A DNA stretch of 56,234 bases from Octopus bimaculoides (taxonomy: Eukaryota): contig NC_068997.1 of assembly GCF_001194135.2 (NCBI RefSeq), positions 28,308,058 to 28,364,291 on the forward strand, given 5' to 3'. Positions 38,701 through 49,278 of this stretch are shown piece by piece (the stretch's first letter is position 1; every line of letters begins with the position of its first letter). The notes under the pieces were generated by a model. It saw only the letters and a program-made list of their open reading frames with translations, ran no database searches and was not told where the DNA came from. The position numbers were made by a program, and so were the translations under genes.

Positions 38701-40056
38701 ATCAGTTCTGCTTCAAGACATTCAATCTTACACATGCACGATTAAATATGAATGAAAAGGATGCAGGCAACATTCCGTCGGTTGAGGAGACCGAATATCT
38801 TTAGCTGATTGATTAGAAATATCTCTGAAGTTATAAAGAACTTGGGATTCGTTCGAAGTAACTTTTTATTGCCTTTTTTTTTTCTTTCTTCTTATTGCTT
38901 TCGAGCCAACTGCTGATGGTGTGGACATACATATAATTTTGAGTGTTAGTTTCTTGCTAATCCGAGTTTCGCCTGGAGGTGAACAGACTCTTGTGGCAGG
39001 AGACACACACACACACACACATGAATGAGAGAGAAAAAGAGAAATTTAGCTTTTAATCCACTTGAAAGGGTCAGTTCTTGTATTTTAAAGCCATTTGGGG
39101 GTTTACAGTATATTGACTGAAGATAATAATGTGGAGGCATTTTTTTTTGTTTATGTCTGTTCGCATGTGTGTGTGTACTATACACACATGTGTTTGTATG
39201 CGTATGATATACTGGTGTTAATATATTGTATAGTAATAAAAGGGGGTACTTTATTTGCTTTTAATACATGCATATATGACAAAAATTAAAGTTTGTGTTG
39301 CAAAATATTGCCGACTTAGAAGGGAAGAGAGAATAGTGCAAAGTGGTAGCGGAGGAAAAATAACAAGTGAGCGAAGAAGAAAAACAATATATGGAGAGAG
39401 AGAGAGTGAAGAGAGGAAAGAAGTGAGTCTGGTTTTATGTACATAGAAGGTTAGTAGTAGAAAATATGTAAAAGTAAGAAAAATGTGAATATTACCGCTG
39501 ATGATGGACGGTTGTTTTTCCCATTGTTGTTGGAATCAGAAGTTGATATGTGACTAGATACGTGTCTCCTGGAGCGAGCACCTTGAACAGAATTCAGCCC
39601 TTCCGTGGAAGCTTTCGAAGAATGAAGAAAAGATGGATTCGAGGGGACAGAAGACTTGGAAGTTGAGGACAACAAATCGGAGACATTCTGGCCAGTTTGA
39701 AGGCCGAGGCTGGAAAGTAAGAGTTTCAAACCGTCTAATGTCAAAGTGTCGGCTTCGCCGTATTTGTCAAAAAGAATCTTTATGTAGTGTAAAGTAGTGT
39801 TCCTACTATGGGGTAGGGAGATCTGGTGTTCGGATTCGAAATGAAGACTAGTTTTCTCATAAGATGGGGTACTTTTTTGCTTGTAATTATCTTCATGTCT
39901 GGCATTATGCGATGATTGTGGTGGCGGTGTCGTATTTGGTGACGGTGGTGGTGGTAAAAGCCGGGTTTTCTCCGATTTACTGGGAGAAGAAGGCGACAGA
40001 AGCAAACAGAAGAGAAAACATAAGATGCAATACTTTCCAGTGAATACCGGGCACAT
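26033..40056 (-). CDS. SLC39A10: LIV-1 subfamily ZIP zinc transporter (ZIP6/ZIP10/foi-like), 8 coding exons, 657 aa: complement join(40056..39496, 31967..31712, 31600..31431, 30126..29956, 29000..28859, 28666..28325, 27708..27521, 26176..26033)
   Basis: All 7 introns are GT..AG with matching phases (0,1,0,0,1,1,0); total 1974 nt with no internal stop. Motifs: N-terminal signal peptide, CPALLQQL, His-rich segments, TM4 GDGIHNLCDG, TM5 CHELPHEIGD (LIV-1 HEXPHEXGD), FLYIALVDMLPE. The symbol marks the closest vertebrate group; ZIP6 versus ZIP10 cannot be separated without a tree. Confidence 0.95.
26373..26550. mobile_element. Mariner-type TIR fragment in the last ZIP intron
   Basis: TA followed by TTAGGTTGGTGCATAATT, typical of mariner TIRs. 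Confidence 0.6.
27069..27287. mobile_element. piggyBac-type MITE with TTAA TSD
   Basis: TTAA|CCCTTTCGTTACC ... GGTAACAAAAGGG|TTAA; the 3' part recurs at 8915-9018. Confidence 0.8.
27521..27708 (-). CDS. ZIP exon 7 (GDFAVLLRAG...FLYIALVDM)
   Basis: Acceptor GTTTTGCAG|GA; donor ATG|GTAAGT; not in the ORF track, translated by hand. Confidence 0.95.
28325..28666 (-). CDS. ZIP exon 6 (HGHSH, TM4 HNLCDG, TM5 CHELPHEIG)
   Basis: Acceptor TTTATTTGCAG|CA; donor ATAG|GTTTGT. Confidence 0.95.
28859..29000 (-). CDS. ZIP exon 5 (cytosolic loop)
   Basis: Acceptor TTACTTTCAG|AAG; donor AGAG|GTATGT; phases fit both neighbours. Confidence 0.88.
29956..30126 (-). CDS. ZIP exon 4 (His loop, TM3 GMVGLLGIVVFFIMER)
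   Basis: Acceptor ATTCAG|GCT; donor AAG|GTAAAT; 57 codons. Confidence 0.92.
31431..31600 (-). CDS. ZIP exon 3 (TM1-TM2, GDALLHLLPH)
   Basis: Acceptor TTTATTTCAG|TT; donor CAT|GTATGT; follows a 111-nt intron. Confidence 0.95.
31712..31967 (-). CDS. ZIP exon 2 (CMSL...CPALLQQL core, His-rich segment)
   Basis: Acceptor TTTTTATTGTAG|TGT; donor GAAG|GTAATA; phase 0 to 1. Confidence 0.93.
33197..33418. mobile_element. Second piggyBac-type MITE family with TTAA TSD (related: 19830-19955, 26872-27064, 37690-37920)
   Basis: TTAA|CCCTTTAGCATT ... AATGCTAAAGGA|TTAA. Confidence 0.75.
39496..40056 (-). CDS. ZIP coding exon 1 (signal peptide, Pro/Ser-rich ectodomain, RSRR site)
   Basis: ATG at 40056 (MCPVFTGKYCILCFLFCLLLSPSSP); contains LHYIKILFDKYGEADTLTLDGLKLLLSSLGL; donor GCG|GTAATA, phase 0. 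Confidence 0.88.
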
Positions 40057-41480
40057 TGTCACAGCTTAGTCGTAAAGAAAATGTTCAATGTAAGACAAAT
40101 TAACACGCTTGGAGAATATTTTTCTTTTTCTTCAACTAACAAATAAAAGACATTAATGAAAAGATAAAAAAAAATGTGTTCAAATTATTTAAATAAAAGA
40201 AAAAAAAATGAAACAGATTGAATTTTTTTTCTTCTAAACATCAATTCACATCCTCTCCAAAATTAATTAAACAATCAATTATTATTATTATTAACGTTTT
40301 TTTCTTGTTGTTTTTTTTTTGTTTTTTTTTTTCGCAAAATAAAACAAATAGAGAAGTTGGGGAAAATGAAGGTGTGGACTGCAATGTAAATAATGAGATT
40401 TTGCTATGTTCTTGCTTGGAATTTTCCAATAAAAAGAAGAAACATGTTCGTTAGAATACTCCGAAATATCAAAACGGGATCGCTGTGCTTAGTTTGTTGC
40501 GTTGGATAGGTCCCTATGCTGCAGACAAAATTGAAATGCGGGTATATAGCAAGTTTGTGTATCTATTATATATATTCTCATCATGACCCAAATTATTTAC
40601 ATTTGAAGGTCCCGGTTGAAATTTTTCTAACACATGGCCTTTCACGTTTGTTTTGGGCCGTGCGCAGAGAAGACGTGAAAAAGCAATATGGCGACGGATT
40701 CACATTTTCCACTGATTTCACATCCTGGGCCCTCACACGTCACATGGCTCCCTCACATAATCAATACGCAGGTTCGAATTTACTCAGCACACACACCTAC
40801 CAACGACGATCTTAGAATAATGAAAAAAAAAAAAAAGAACCAAACACCCAGCGCTAACTTAATATTATATCTGTATATAAATATATGGAATCTGTATTAT
40901 ATGAATAGACTTTGTTAAGTAATGAATACATTATTTGTTTTCATTTTTTTTTTAACGTATAAATAAAAAAATAAATTTGTAAACAAATCTGTCACATTTT
41001 TTTGGCATTAGCTTGCAGTTGCTGCAGGCAGCTTTTAAGCTCTTACTGCAAGTGTAAATATAACTAATTTTACTTTTCTTATTCCCATAACGGATGTTGT
41101 CTAAATCCAGTTAACTTACTTCGGCAGTTAACAACAATAGAATCGTTAAATCAGCTCGACATTACGCGTTCGCGTCTTCATTTTCTTTTTTCGTTGAAGA
41201 ATCTTAACCAGTTTTTTTTCGGTGCAGTCACACACGCACACACACACACACGCACGCACGCACACACACGTATACATACATACAGACACCATACGTATAC
41301 ACACACACATATGCGCACGCGTACATGCATATACAGCTGTGTATGTGTGTGTACACATACACATAAAACACATGCATACGTAATACTAACGCTTACACAC
41401 ATAATACTGTGTATAATATACACACATACTTGAAAAAATACACAATCACACGCATACATACATAATATACGCACACACAC

Positions 41481-41513
<33 letters not shown>

Positions 41514-41558
41514 AAAAAAAAGTGCATACTGTACGCAATGTATGAGCATATATGTATG

Positions 41559-41599
<41 letters not shown>

Positions 41600-44085
41600 N
41601 NNNNNNNNNNNNNNNNNNNNNNNNNNNNNNNNNNNNNNNNNNNNNNNNNNNNNNNNNNNNNNNNNNNNNNNNNNNNNNNNNNNNNNNNNNNNNNNNNNNN
41701 NNNNNNNNNNNNNNNNNNNNNNNNNNNNNNNNNNNNNNNNNNNNNNNNNNNNNNNNNNNNNNNNNNNNNNTGCGTGTGAGTGTTTGGGTATGTGCACACA
41801 CGCACACATACACGCGTTCGCACACATACACACACACATATATACATATATATACATATATATATATATACATACATATATACATACATACATATATATA
41901 TAGAGAGAGGGGGAAGATCTTTTTATCTTTCACTTGTTTTGGTCATTAGACTGCGGCCATGCTAGAGCACCGCTATGAAGAACTTTTACTCGAATGATTC
42001 GACTCGAACATTTTTTTTCAGAGCCTAGTACTTATTCTATTGGGTTTTGTTGCGCCGAACCGCTAAGCTACGGGAACGTAAACACACCAACACCGGTTGC
42101 CAAGCGGTGGTAGAAGACAAACACAGTCACAAACACACACACATACACACATATATATCGGGAGGGTCATTTTTTTCTGCCAAATAAACACACGCACTAT
42201 ATATTCGTTCTTCACTTCAGACTTATTTTATTACTGTTCTTATTTTATGTTCTATGTCTGGGAATCTTTCGTCACACCTCCTCAGCGACTCTCCATCCCA
42301 CGTGTCTCTTCCTGTCCATAAAAGTGCGTGTTTATTTGGGTAAAAAATAATAACCATCTCGAAATGTAACAATACTCGTTTCAACACACAATTTCACATC
42401 AGAAATCTTGCAAAACAAATATACAAACGTACACACACAACAGACTTTTATAAAATTCTGTCTACCAAATCCACTCACAAGGCTTTGGTCAGCCGGAGAC
42501 TATAGTAGAACTTGCCCAAGGTACCACGCAGTGGGATTGAACGTGGAACCATGTGGTTGGGAAGCAAACTTCACTGGAAAACTGAGATGTGGCCTTCATA
42601 CATTCCCATCGTTTGTCGACGAGGTTCGTTGAACGCTAAAAGGCTTTCTCATCCTAAAAGGCAAAAAGAAATACGGATCATAAGGGAATTATTGCAATAA
42701 TGGTTTTTATTAAGCATTAACCGAGTTAAATTTTGGGACTACTAGACCATATAGATCAGGAGTTCAAATCCTCTCTCTACCAGTGTTTTATCGTGCTTCT
42801 GGTCAGGATATCGTATTCTAGCATCTTACATCCTTTGTTCACATTAGTATGATGTAAAGGCACTAGACTTTTCTGGGGTACTTGATCAGCGATAGACAAG
42901 CGTGCTGTTCAAGGGGAACTTGAATTTTCACCTATTAAACGCAGCGATAATCAGAATTAAGCACAGGTTTTATGAATTTGCAGCGATGATTCGAAACCGA
43001 ACCGTTAGGTAGCCGGTCAGACATCACGATCGAACCACAGTAGTTTCACGTGATCGATCTATTAAGCAACCAAGCAGTGTTAAGCCATCACGTGATTCAA
43101 TCTTCTAGAATTTTCTTGTACCCTATAAAGAGGCTTTTTTTTGTGTGGTAATTGTAGAATGTTGAGGCAACTGTGCGTTATATCTCTATTCTTACTACAT
43201 CCAGCCGATTGCGACAGATGGTCGATAGTAGATAGGAATTTTCGTCGCTGCGAATATAATGCAATACAAATATAGAACAGTGAGTTTCCAGTTGTGATGG
43301 GCAACCGAAAGATTGCTTGTCATAAACTCTAAGCAGTGTGTCTCTCTTAGTATGTAATTTTGGCGTTAGCATTTGTAAAAATCCAACACAGCCAAATCAT
43401 TATGTGCAGTACTAAAATTTTCAGCTAATTGTTCACGGATGTTGTCAGTTATTTCTTCACGCAGCTCGAGAAATACATTTTCATTCATCGACTCAACCAA
43501 TTATCACCTCAGATAATCCACGGTGGATTTCTCTCTGGTTTGTGAAATGTTCTTTCGTACTTTCTAAAATTTGTAGTTTGCAACAAATCGTGAAAATCGC
43601 TTTAATGGATAGCGCACGCACGCACGCACGCGCAAAACACACACACACACACACATCATGTATAGCTCGAGGTTATTCGGAGTGAAGCGAAAAATGTCAG
43701 GGGTTTTTGGTAGTCAGCTGATTATACTTAACATCGGCGTTTGCGTCTGGCTACGAAAGAGCCTCCGCCCAATCTGCTGGAAATGACTGCTATGTAACCC
43801 TCAAACGACACTTTGGATAAGGTAATCCGAGGTACCCTATCCTCAAAGAATAAAAGATGGCACGGTTATAACTGGGGTATCGTAAGTTTGTTCGATAAGG
43901 GCTAGTTTAAGGCTAAACCTCAACAGTAACGACTTAGATAAATGTATCGCTTGTCACAAGTGTTTGAGCTTTGTCAGAGTTGGAAACTGTGACGTTCACA
44001 CTTTTTGGATTTCATAAAGTACGGGAAACGATTTATTCCGACTGACTGTGGTGGTGGTGGTGGCTGTGGTGGTCAATGTGGAATT

Positions 44086-44133
44086 GAAGAAGAAGAAGAA
44101 GAAGAAGAAGAAGAAGAAGAAGAAGAAGAAGAA
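44086..44133 (+). repeat. (GAA)n microsatellite
   Basis: About 16 units. Confidence 0.95.
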
Positions 44134-45357
44134 GCGCCTTCCCTCCTGTCGAAATTGGGTGAAATTGCATTCCTCCACCCTCAAAGCTCTTGTGACCTCG
44201 TGGGCTTCATGGACCACGATGCTGCAATATACCTTTAACCGATTTTAGAATGGTATCGGGGAGGAATAGTTAATTGCTACAAACTAACTCTTAATTTGCT
44301 ACAGGATCATATTTTTATCGTCTCTCAATAGATAGAAGGCAAAGTCAGACCTAGCAGGACTCGAACACAGGTAGCAATGTGAAGTAGTCGGTTGGTATAC
44401 TGCAGAAGTCTATCATTTAAATATATATGAGCATGTCTAGATATGCAACTATATGCATGAAAATACATACATAAAACATTCAAATCTGCACACACATACA
44501 TATGTAGCGTACGACTTAAGGGAAATTTCTCTCTGTTATATATACATAAATACGGACGTAGTAGATAACAGCTAACCTTCGGCTGCCCTTTTGGACCCTG
44601 TTATGTCCACTACTCTGATTGGTTGGTATTGGCGCAATTTGTCTCTTGCTCTATTGCAAGCTAAGATGCAACCCAACCAATCGCAGCCTTCAGATAAGTT
44701 CACGTGAGACAGTCTCTTCTAAACCCCAGTTTGCGCCGATTGCATCGTATAAAACGCTAGCTTCACACTGTCTCGAAGTTTTTCGGTTCCAGCCCTTTTG
44801 AAGTCTAGCCACTGACCACAGAGTACACAGCCAGTTCCAGCGACGACACAACAGCAGCCACAGGGAGACTCAACACTCGATCAACAGCATACGGCAATCT
44901 CCATCTTCTTAGCGACATCAATATTGTCTCTACGTACACACCAACCAGCAACGCTCGCACAAGTTCTATTTCCACACTGTTTGTGAATTACTTCACCATG
45001 GTTAACAGCAAATACAACCTGCGACAACCTTCTGTAACAAGAGACCGGCTCTGCATCGTAGCCACAACTTCTTATACAACATGTGCCTCTCCCCGGCTCT
45101 GCATTGCAGCCTCAACTTCTTGATACAGCACTTCAACTACTGTGTACCTTGACTACGAACTGGTATTTATTATCCTTGTGTCTGAACATTCTTCTAACGT
45201 CATATTGTAGACTCTTTCTATGCTCTGTACTTATCGCGCACGCGTACATCCATGTTTGTACACACATACACACTTTGTATACATGACGGCCTGTCTATTA
45301 TTATGTTTATATGACGCACACACAGACACACATGTTAACCTTTCAATAAAATCTTCT

Positions 45358-45395
45358 CAACCGGGGTAGAATGTTTAAACATTCTACCCCGGTTG
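45358..45395. repeat. Perfect 38-bp palindrome
   Basis: CAACCGGGGTAGAATGTTT|AAACATTCTACCCCGGTTG. Confidence 0.95.
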
Positions 45396-46539
45396 TGTCT
45401 CTCTTTTCCTTCTGGCACTTATACTCATTTATCCTTTTTCATATTTTATTTGTATCGACCGTGCGATGTACTAAAGAAGCCATTCTCGTTACCTCTCCTT
45501 CCGCACGGTCGTTTACAAAAAAAGCATACAAATAAAAGTACCCTGTTATTGATGTTGAAATTCCAATGCAGAAGCTTTGGATCTAGGTTAGAAACCGGTT
45601 CTTTGTTGGCAAGAAATCTTAAAATAAACTGAATGGCATACATACATATGGATAGATGCACACTCTTGGGCGTGTGCATCGACAGCTCAACCAACTCATT
45701 AAACCACATATTTACAAACTCCTGGAATTCTCTTCACTCAAAAACTCTTGTCACTTTGTTAGCGACTGGCTTGATCACTCTTAAGAAGAATTTAAATAAA
45801 ACTCAAAGAAAAAAACATCCATTCATCCATCCATACATCCATCCATTCATCCATCCATCCATACATACATACAGCTTCATACCTGTTATTATTGGAGCAA
45901 CAGGGTATATATACCAACTCGTCTGGAGCAAAGTATGGCTGAACTTGGGTTCTTGAGGAGAGAACCAGGCCCGACACCAGGCTTTGGTGCCTAGGGTTGC
46001 TTTAGAATATTCTGGGAGGGCTTGTTTGTAATAATGTTAAAGTGGAGTTTCGAAATAAGTCTCTTACTGTAAATCTGAGGGTGCACCATTGAATGGTGAG
46101 GGGCAGTTTCATCCAGTGTAACACATTAGCGATGATCATGAAGGGAACATAAATCCTTAATTCCTATTCTGCAAATGATCACGATATCTGAGACTATAAG
46201 AATCTGCAAGACCTTCTTAAGATTTAAAGGATTACAGGTAAAAGAAAATTCTTTCCTTCATAACCTTGTTAACAAGTAGGTGGCTGATAAAAATTTAATC
46301 TAAAGTAAAAAGAAGAACATGCATACATACAGCTCGGTTTTGAGAAATGCCATCAATTGACTATTGATGGCATTTCTTAACGACCTACACTCATTTGTAC
46401 AGTTGTGGTAACAACTTGCACTTCTAGCAACATGTGGTCAGAGAGCTTATCGATTATGCTGACATGTAGCTTCATTCCTTCATGGAATTTTTTCATGAAG
46501 TGCTTTGCTTTCCGGCTACAAACAGCCATTACTACTACA

Positions 46540-46885
46540 GCACTCCGTCGGTTACGACGACGAGGGTTCCAGTTGATCTGATCAACGGAACAGCCTGCTC
46601 ATGAAATTAACATGCAAATGGTTGAGCACTCCACAGACACGTGTACCCTTAACGTAGCTCTCAGGAAGATTCAGCGTGACACAGAGTAAGACAAGGTTGG
46701 CCATTTGAAATACAGGTACAACAGAAACAGGAAGAAAGAGTGAGAGAGTACAGCTGGATTCGCTCCCCCCCCCCTGCTGGAACCTCGTGGAGCTTTAAAT
46801 GTTTTCGCTTAATAGACACTCACAACGTCCGGTCTGGGAATCGAAATCGCGATCCCTCGACCGCGAGTCCGCTGAACTGAACCCG
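46540..46885 (+). mobile_element. Additional SINE-like family (related pieces at 33720-33870 and 36405-36545)
   Basis: Shared GATCAA(C)GGAACAGCCTGCTCATGAAATT...GAGATTCAGCG; tRNA-like segment on the - strand at 46820-46880. Confidence 0.65.
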
Positions 46886-48084
46886 GGACCATGTGATTGG
46901 AAAGCAAGCATCTTGTCACACAGTCACGACCACAATATATGCGCATTTGATCAAAAAGAAGACCTAAACGAAGCCTCGGAGTCTCTCACTTGCAGTTGTT
47001 GGAAAACCGTTGACTCTCTTGGAGTTCATTTGCTCTTTGACAGGTTTTGCTTTTCGTTCTGCGGGGCGTCCTTACATGCTCGGTAGGGTTGCCAGTTTAG
47101 TGTCCGACAGTCTGACCATGCAACAAATTCTACTAGGTTGTATGTCGCCAGCAGCGCTAAGAGTCAACTGACACACATACATACATGCATCACACACACA
47201 CACACACACACATACGTACAAACCTTGCCCATCGCTGGGGGTGCACTGGACGGCACTGTCCCCTCTCTATTCAATGGTGCACCCTCAGATTTACAGTGAT
47301 ACACATATTTCGAAACTCCAGGATTGTTACACATTAGTTTCCACCTAGAATGCACTGAAGCATTTCCAGGCACCAAAGTCTGGTGATAGGCCTGTAGTGG
47401 CTTTTGGAATATGTAGAGCCACGTCGGAGAATACCGGTGAATAACATCGAAGAATAACACCAGAAAGGAAGGAAGGGAATATTGTTTACATTTTTTCATT
47501 TGCTCGACAAGTGGTTAGTGAGACAGCAGCAATCGTAGTGACAGTGACAAAAGATTCGCCTGCTGGCTGGTAGTAGACGTTGCGGTGTGTTAGTAGAGAT
47601 TGCACTGTGCTGACAATAGAGGAAGAAAGGATAAAGCCGATATAGTCCTTTCTTGATTTCGACCGAAAGCTTCTCTACGAATGTCAAACGAAGAACGAAG
47701 GGAAGTTTTGCTCTTGGTCATGCTGACGCAAAAGAGGGCGAAAATGAAATGGTCTCTATTATATATCTATGGCTGGAATATAGGTCAAATCCTAAACAAA
47801 GAATTGACCTTTCCTTGACCAGCACAGGTCACGTGTTTCCCATTAATCATCTGGTATGGGGATGCAAGCAAACGAACAAGCAGGTGGATTTGGTTTCAAA
47901 TTCCATGCAGGGCTAAGCGAGGTCCTACAGGCCTGACACGGACCCATGCAAGAACTAGTAATAAACCCTGACTGAATGTAAAATGTAAACGCCATTTCGA
48001 ATTGTGCAGTAAGTATTTTTTTGTGAGCATATATGTATATATATATATATATTTATATATATATGTACGCATATATATATGTTC

Positions 48085-48128
<44 letters not shown>

Positions 48129-49137
48129 NNNNNNNNNNNNNNNNNNNNNNNNNNNNNNNNNNNNNNNNNNNNNNNNNNNNNNNNNNNNNNNNNNNNNNNN
48201 NNNNNNNNNNNNNNNNNNNNNNNNNNNNNNNNNNNNNNNNNNNNNNNNNNNNNNNNNNNNNNNNNNNNNNNNNNNNNNNNNNNNNNNNNNNNNNNNNNNN
48301 NNNNNNNNNNNNNNNNNNNNNNNNNNNNNNNNNNNNNNNNNNNNNNNNNNNNNNNNNNNNNNNNNNNNNNNNNNNNNNNNNNNNNNNNNNNNNNNNNNNN
48401 NNNNNNNNNNNNNNNNNNNNNNNNNNNNNNNNNNNNNNNNNNNNNNNNNNNNNNNNNNNNNNNNNNNNNNNNNNNNNNNNNNNNNNNNNNNNNNNNNNNN
48501 NNNNNNNNNNNNNNNNNNNNNNNNNNNNNNNNNNNNNNNNNNNNNNNNNNNNNNNNNNNNNNNNNNNNNNNNNNNNNNNNNNNNNNNNNNNNNNNNNNNN
48601 NNNNNNNNNNNNNNNNNNNNNNNNNNNNNNNNNNNNNNNNNNNNNNNNNNNNNNNNNNNNNNNNNNNNNNNNNNNNNNNNNNNNNNNNNNNNNNNNNNNN
48701 NNNNNNNNNNNNNNNNNNNNNNNNNNNNNNNNNNNNNNNNNNNNNNNNNNNNNNNNNNNNNNNNNNNNNNNNNNNNNNNNNNNNNNNNNNNNNNNNNNNN
48801 NNNNNNNNNNNNNNNNNNNNNNNNNNNNNNNNNNNNNNNNNNNNNNNNNNNNNNNNNNNNNNNNNNNNNNNNNNNNNNNNNNNNNNNNNNNNNNNNNNNN
48901 NNNNNNNNNNNNNNNNNNNNNNNNNNNNNNNNNNNNNNNNNNNNNNNNNNNNNNNNNNNNNNNNNNNNNNNNNNNNNNNNNNNNNNNNNNNNNNNNNNNN
49001 NNNNNNNNNNNNNNNNNNNNNNNNNNNNNNNNNNNNNNNNNNNNNNNNNNNNNNNNNNNNNNNNNNNNNNNNNNNNNNNNNNNNNNNNNNNNNNNNNNNN
49101 NNNNNNNNNNNNNNNNNNNNNNNNNNATATATATATA

Positions 49138-49278
49138 CTTTATTTAAAAGCAGCAGAAATATAACAAAAAACTGTTACTCTGAGTTTCACGTTCCCGTTC
49201 ATCGGACTGTCCGATGAACGGGAACGTGAAACTCAGAGTAACAGTTTTTTGTTATATTTTTGCTGCTTTTAAATAAAG
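49138..49278. repeat. 141-bp near-perfect palindrome
   Basis: 70-bp arms around T49208 with one mismatch (G49156/T49260). Confidence 0.95.
49206..49245 (+). ncRNA. Candidate minimal type I hammerhead ribozyme (core variant CCGAUGA)
   Basis: Stem I ACTGT/ACAGT; core CCGATGA; stem II ACG-GGAA-CGT; GAAA; stem III CTC-A-GAG; UA cleavage site after 49240. Confidence 0.6.

Noticed and set aside
44005-44248. ORFs with poly-Gly and poly-Glu/Lys/Phe
   Set aside because: Translations of (GGT)n and (GAA)n microsatellites; no splice or homology support
7464-49217. Long ORFs made mostly of X, and CVCV/HTHT/YIYI ORFs
   Set aside because: Produced by N gaps and dinucleotide repeats
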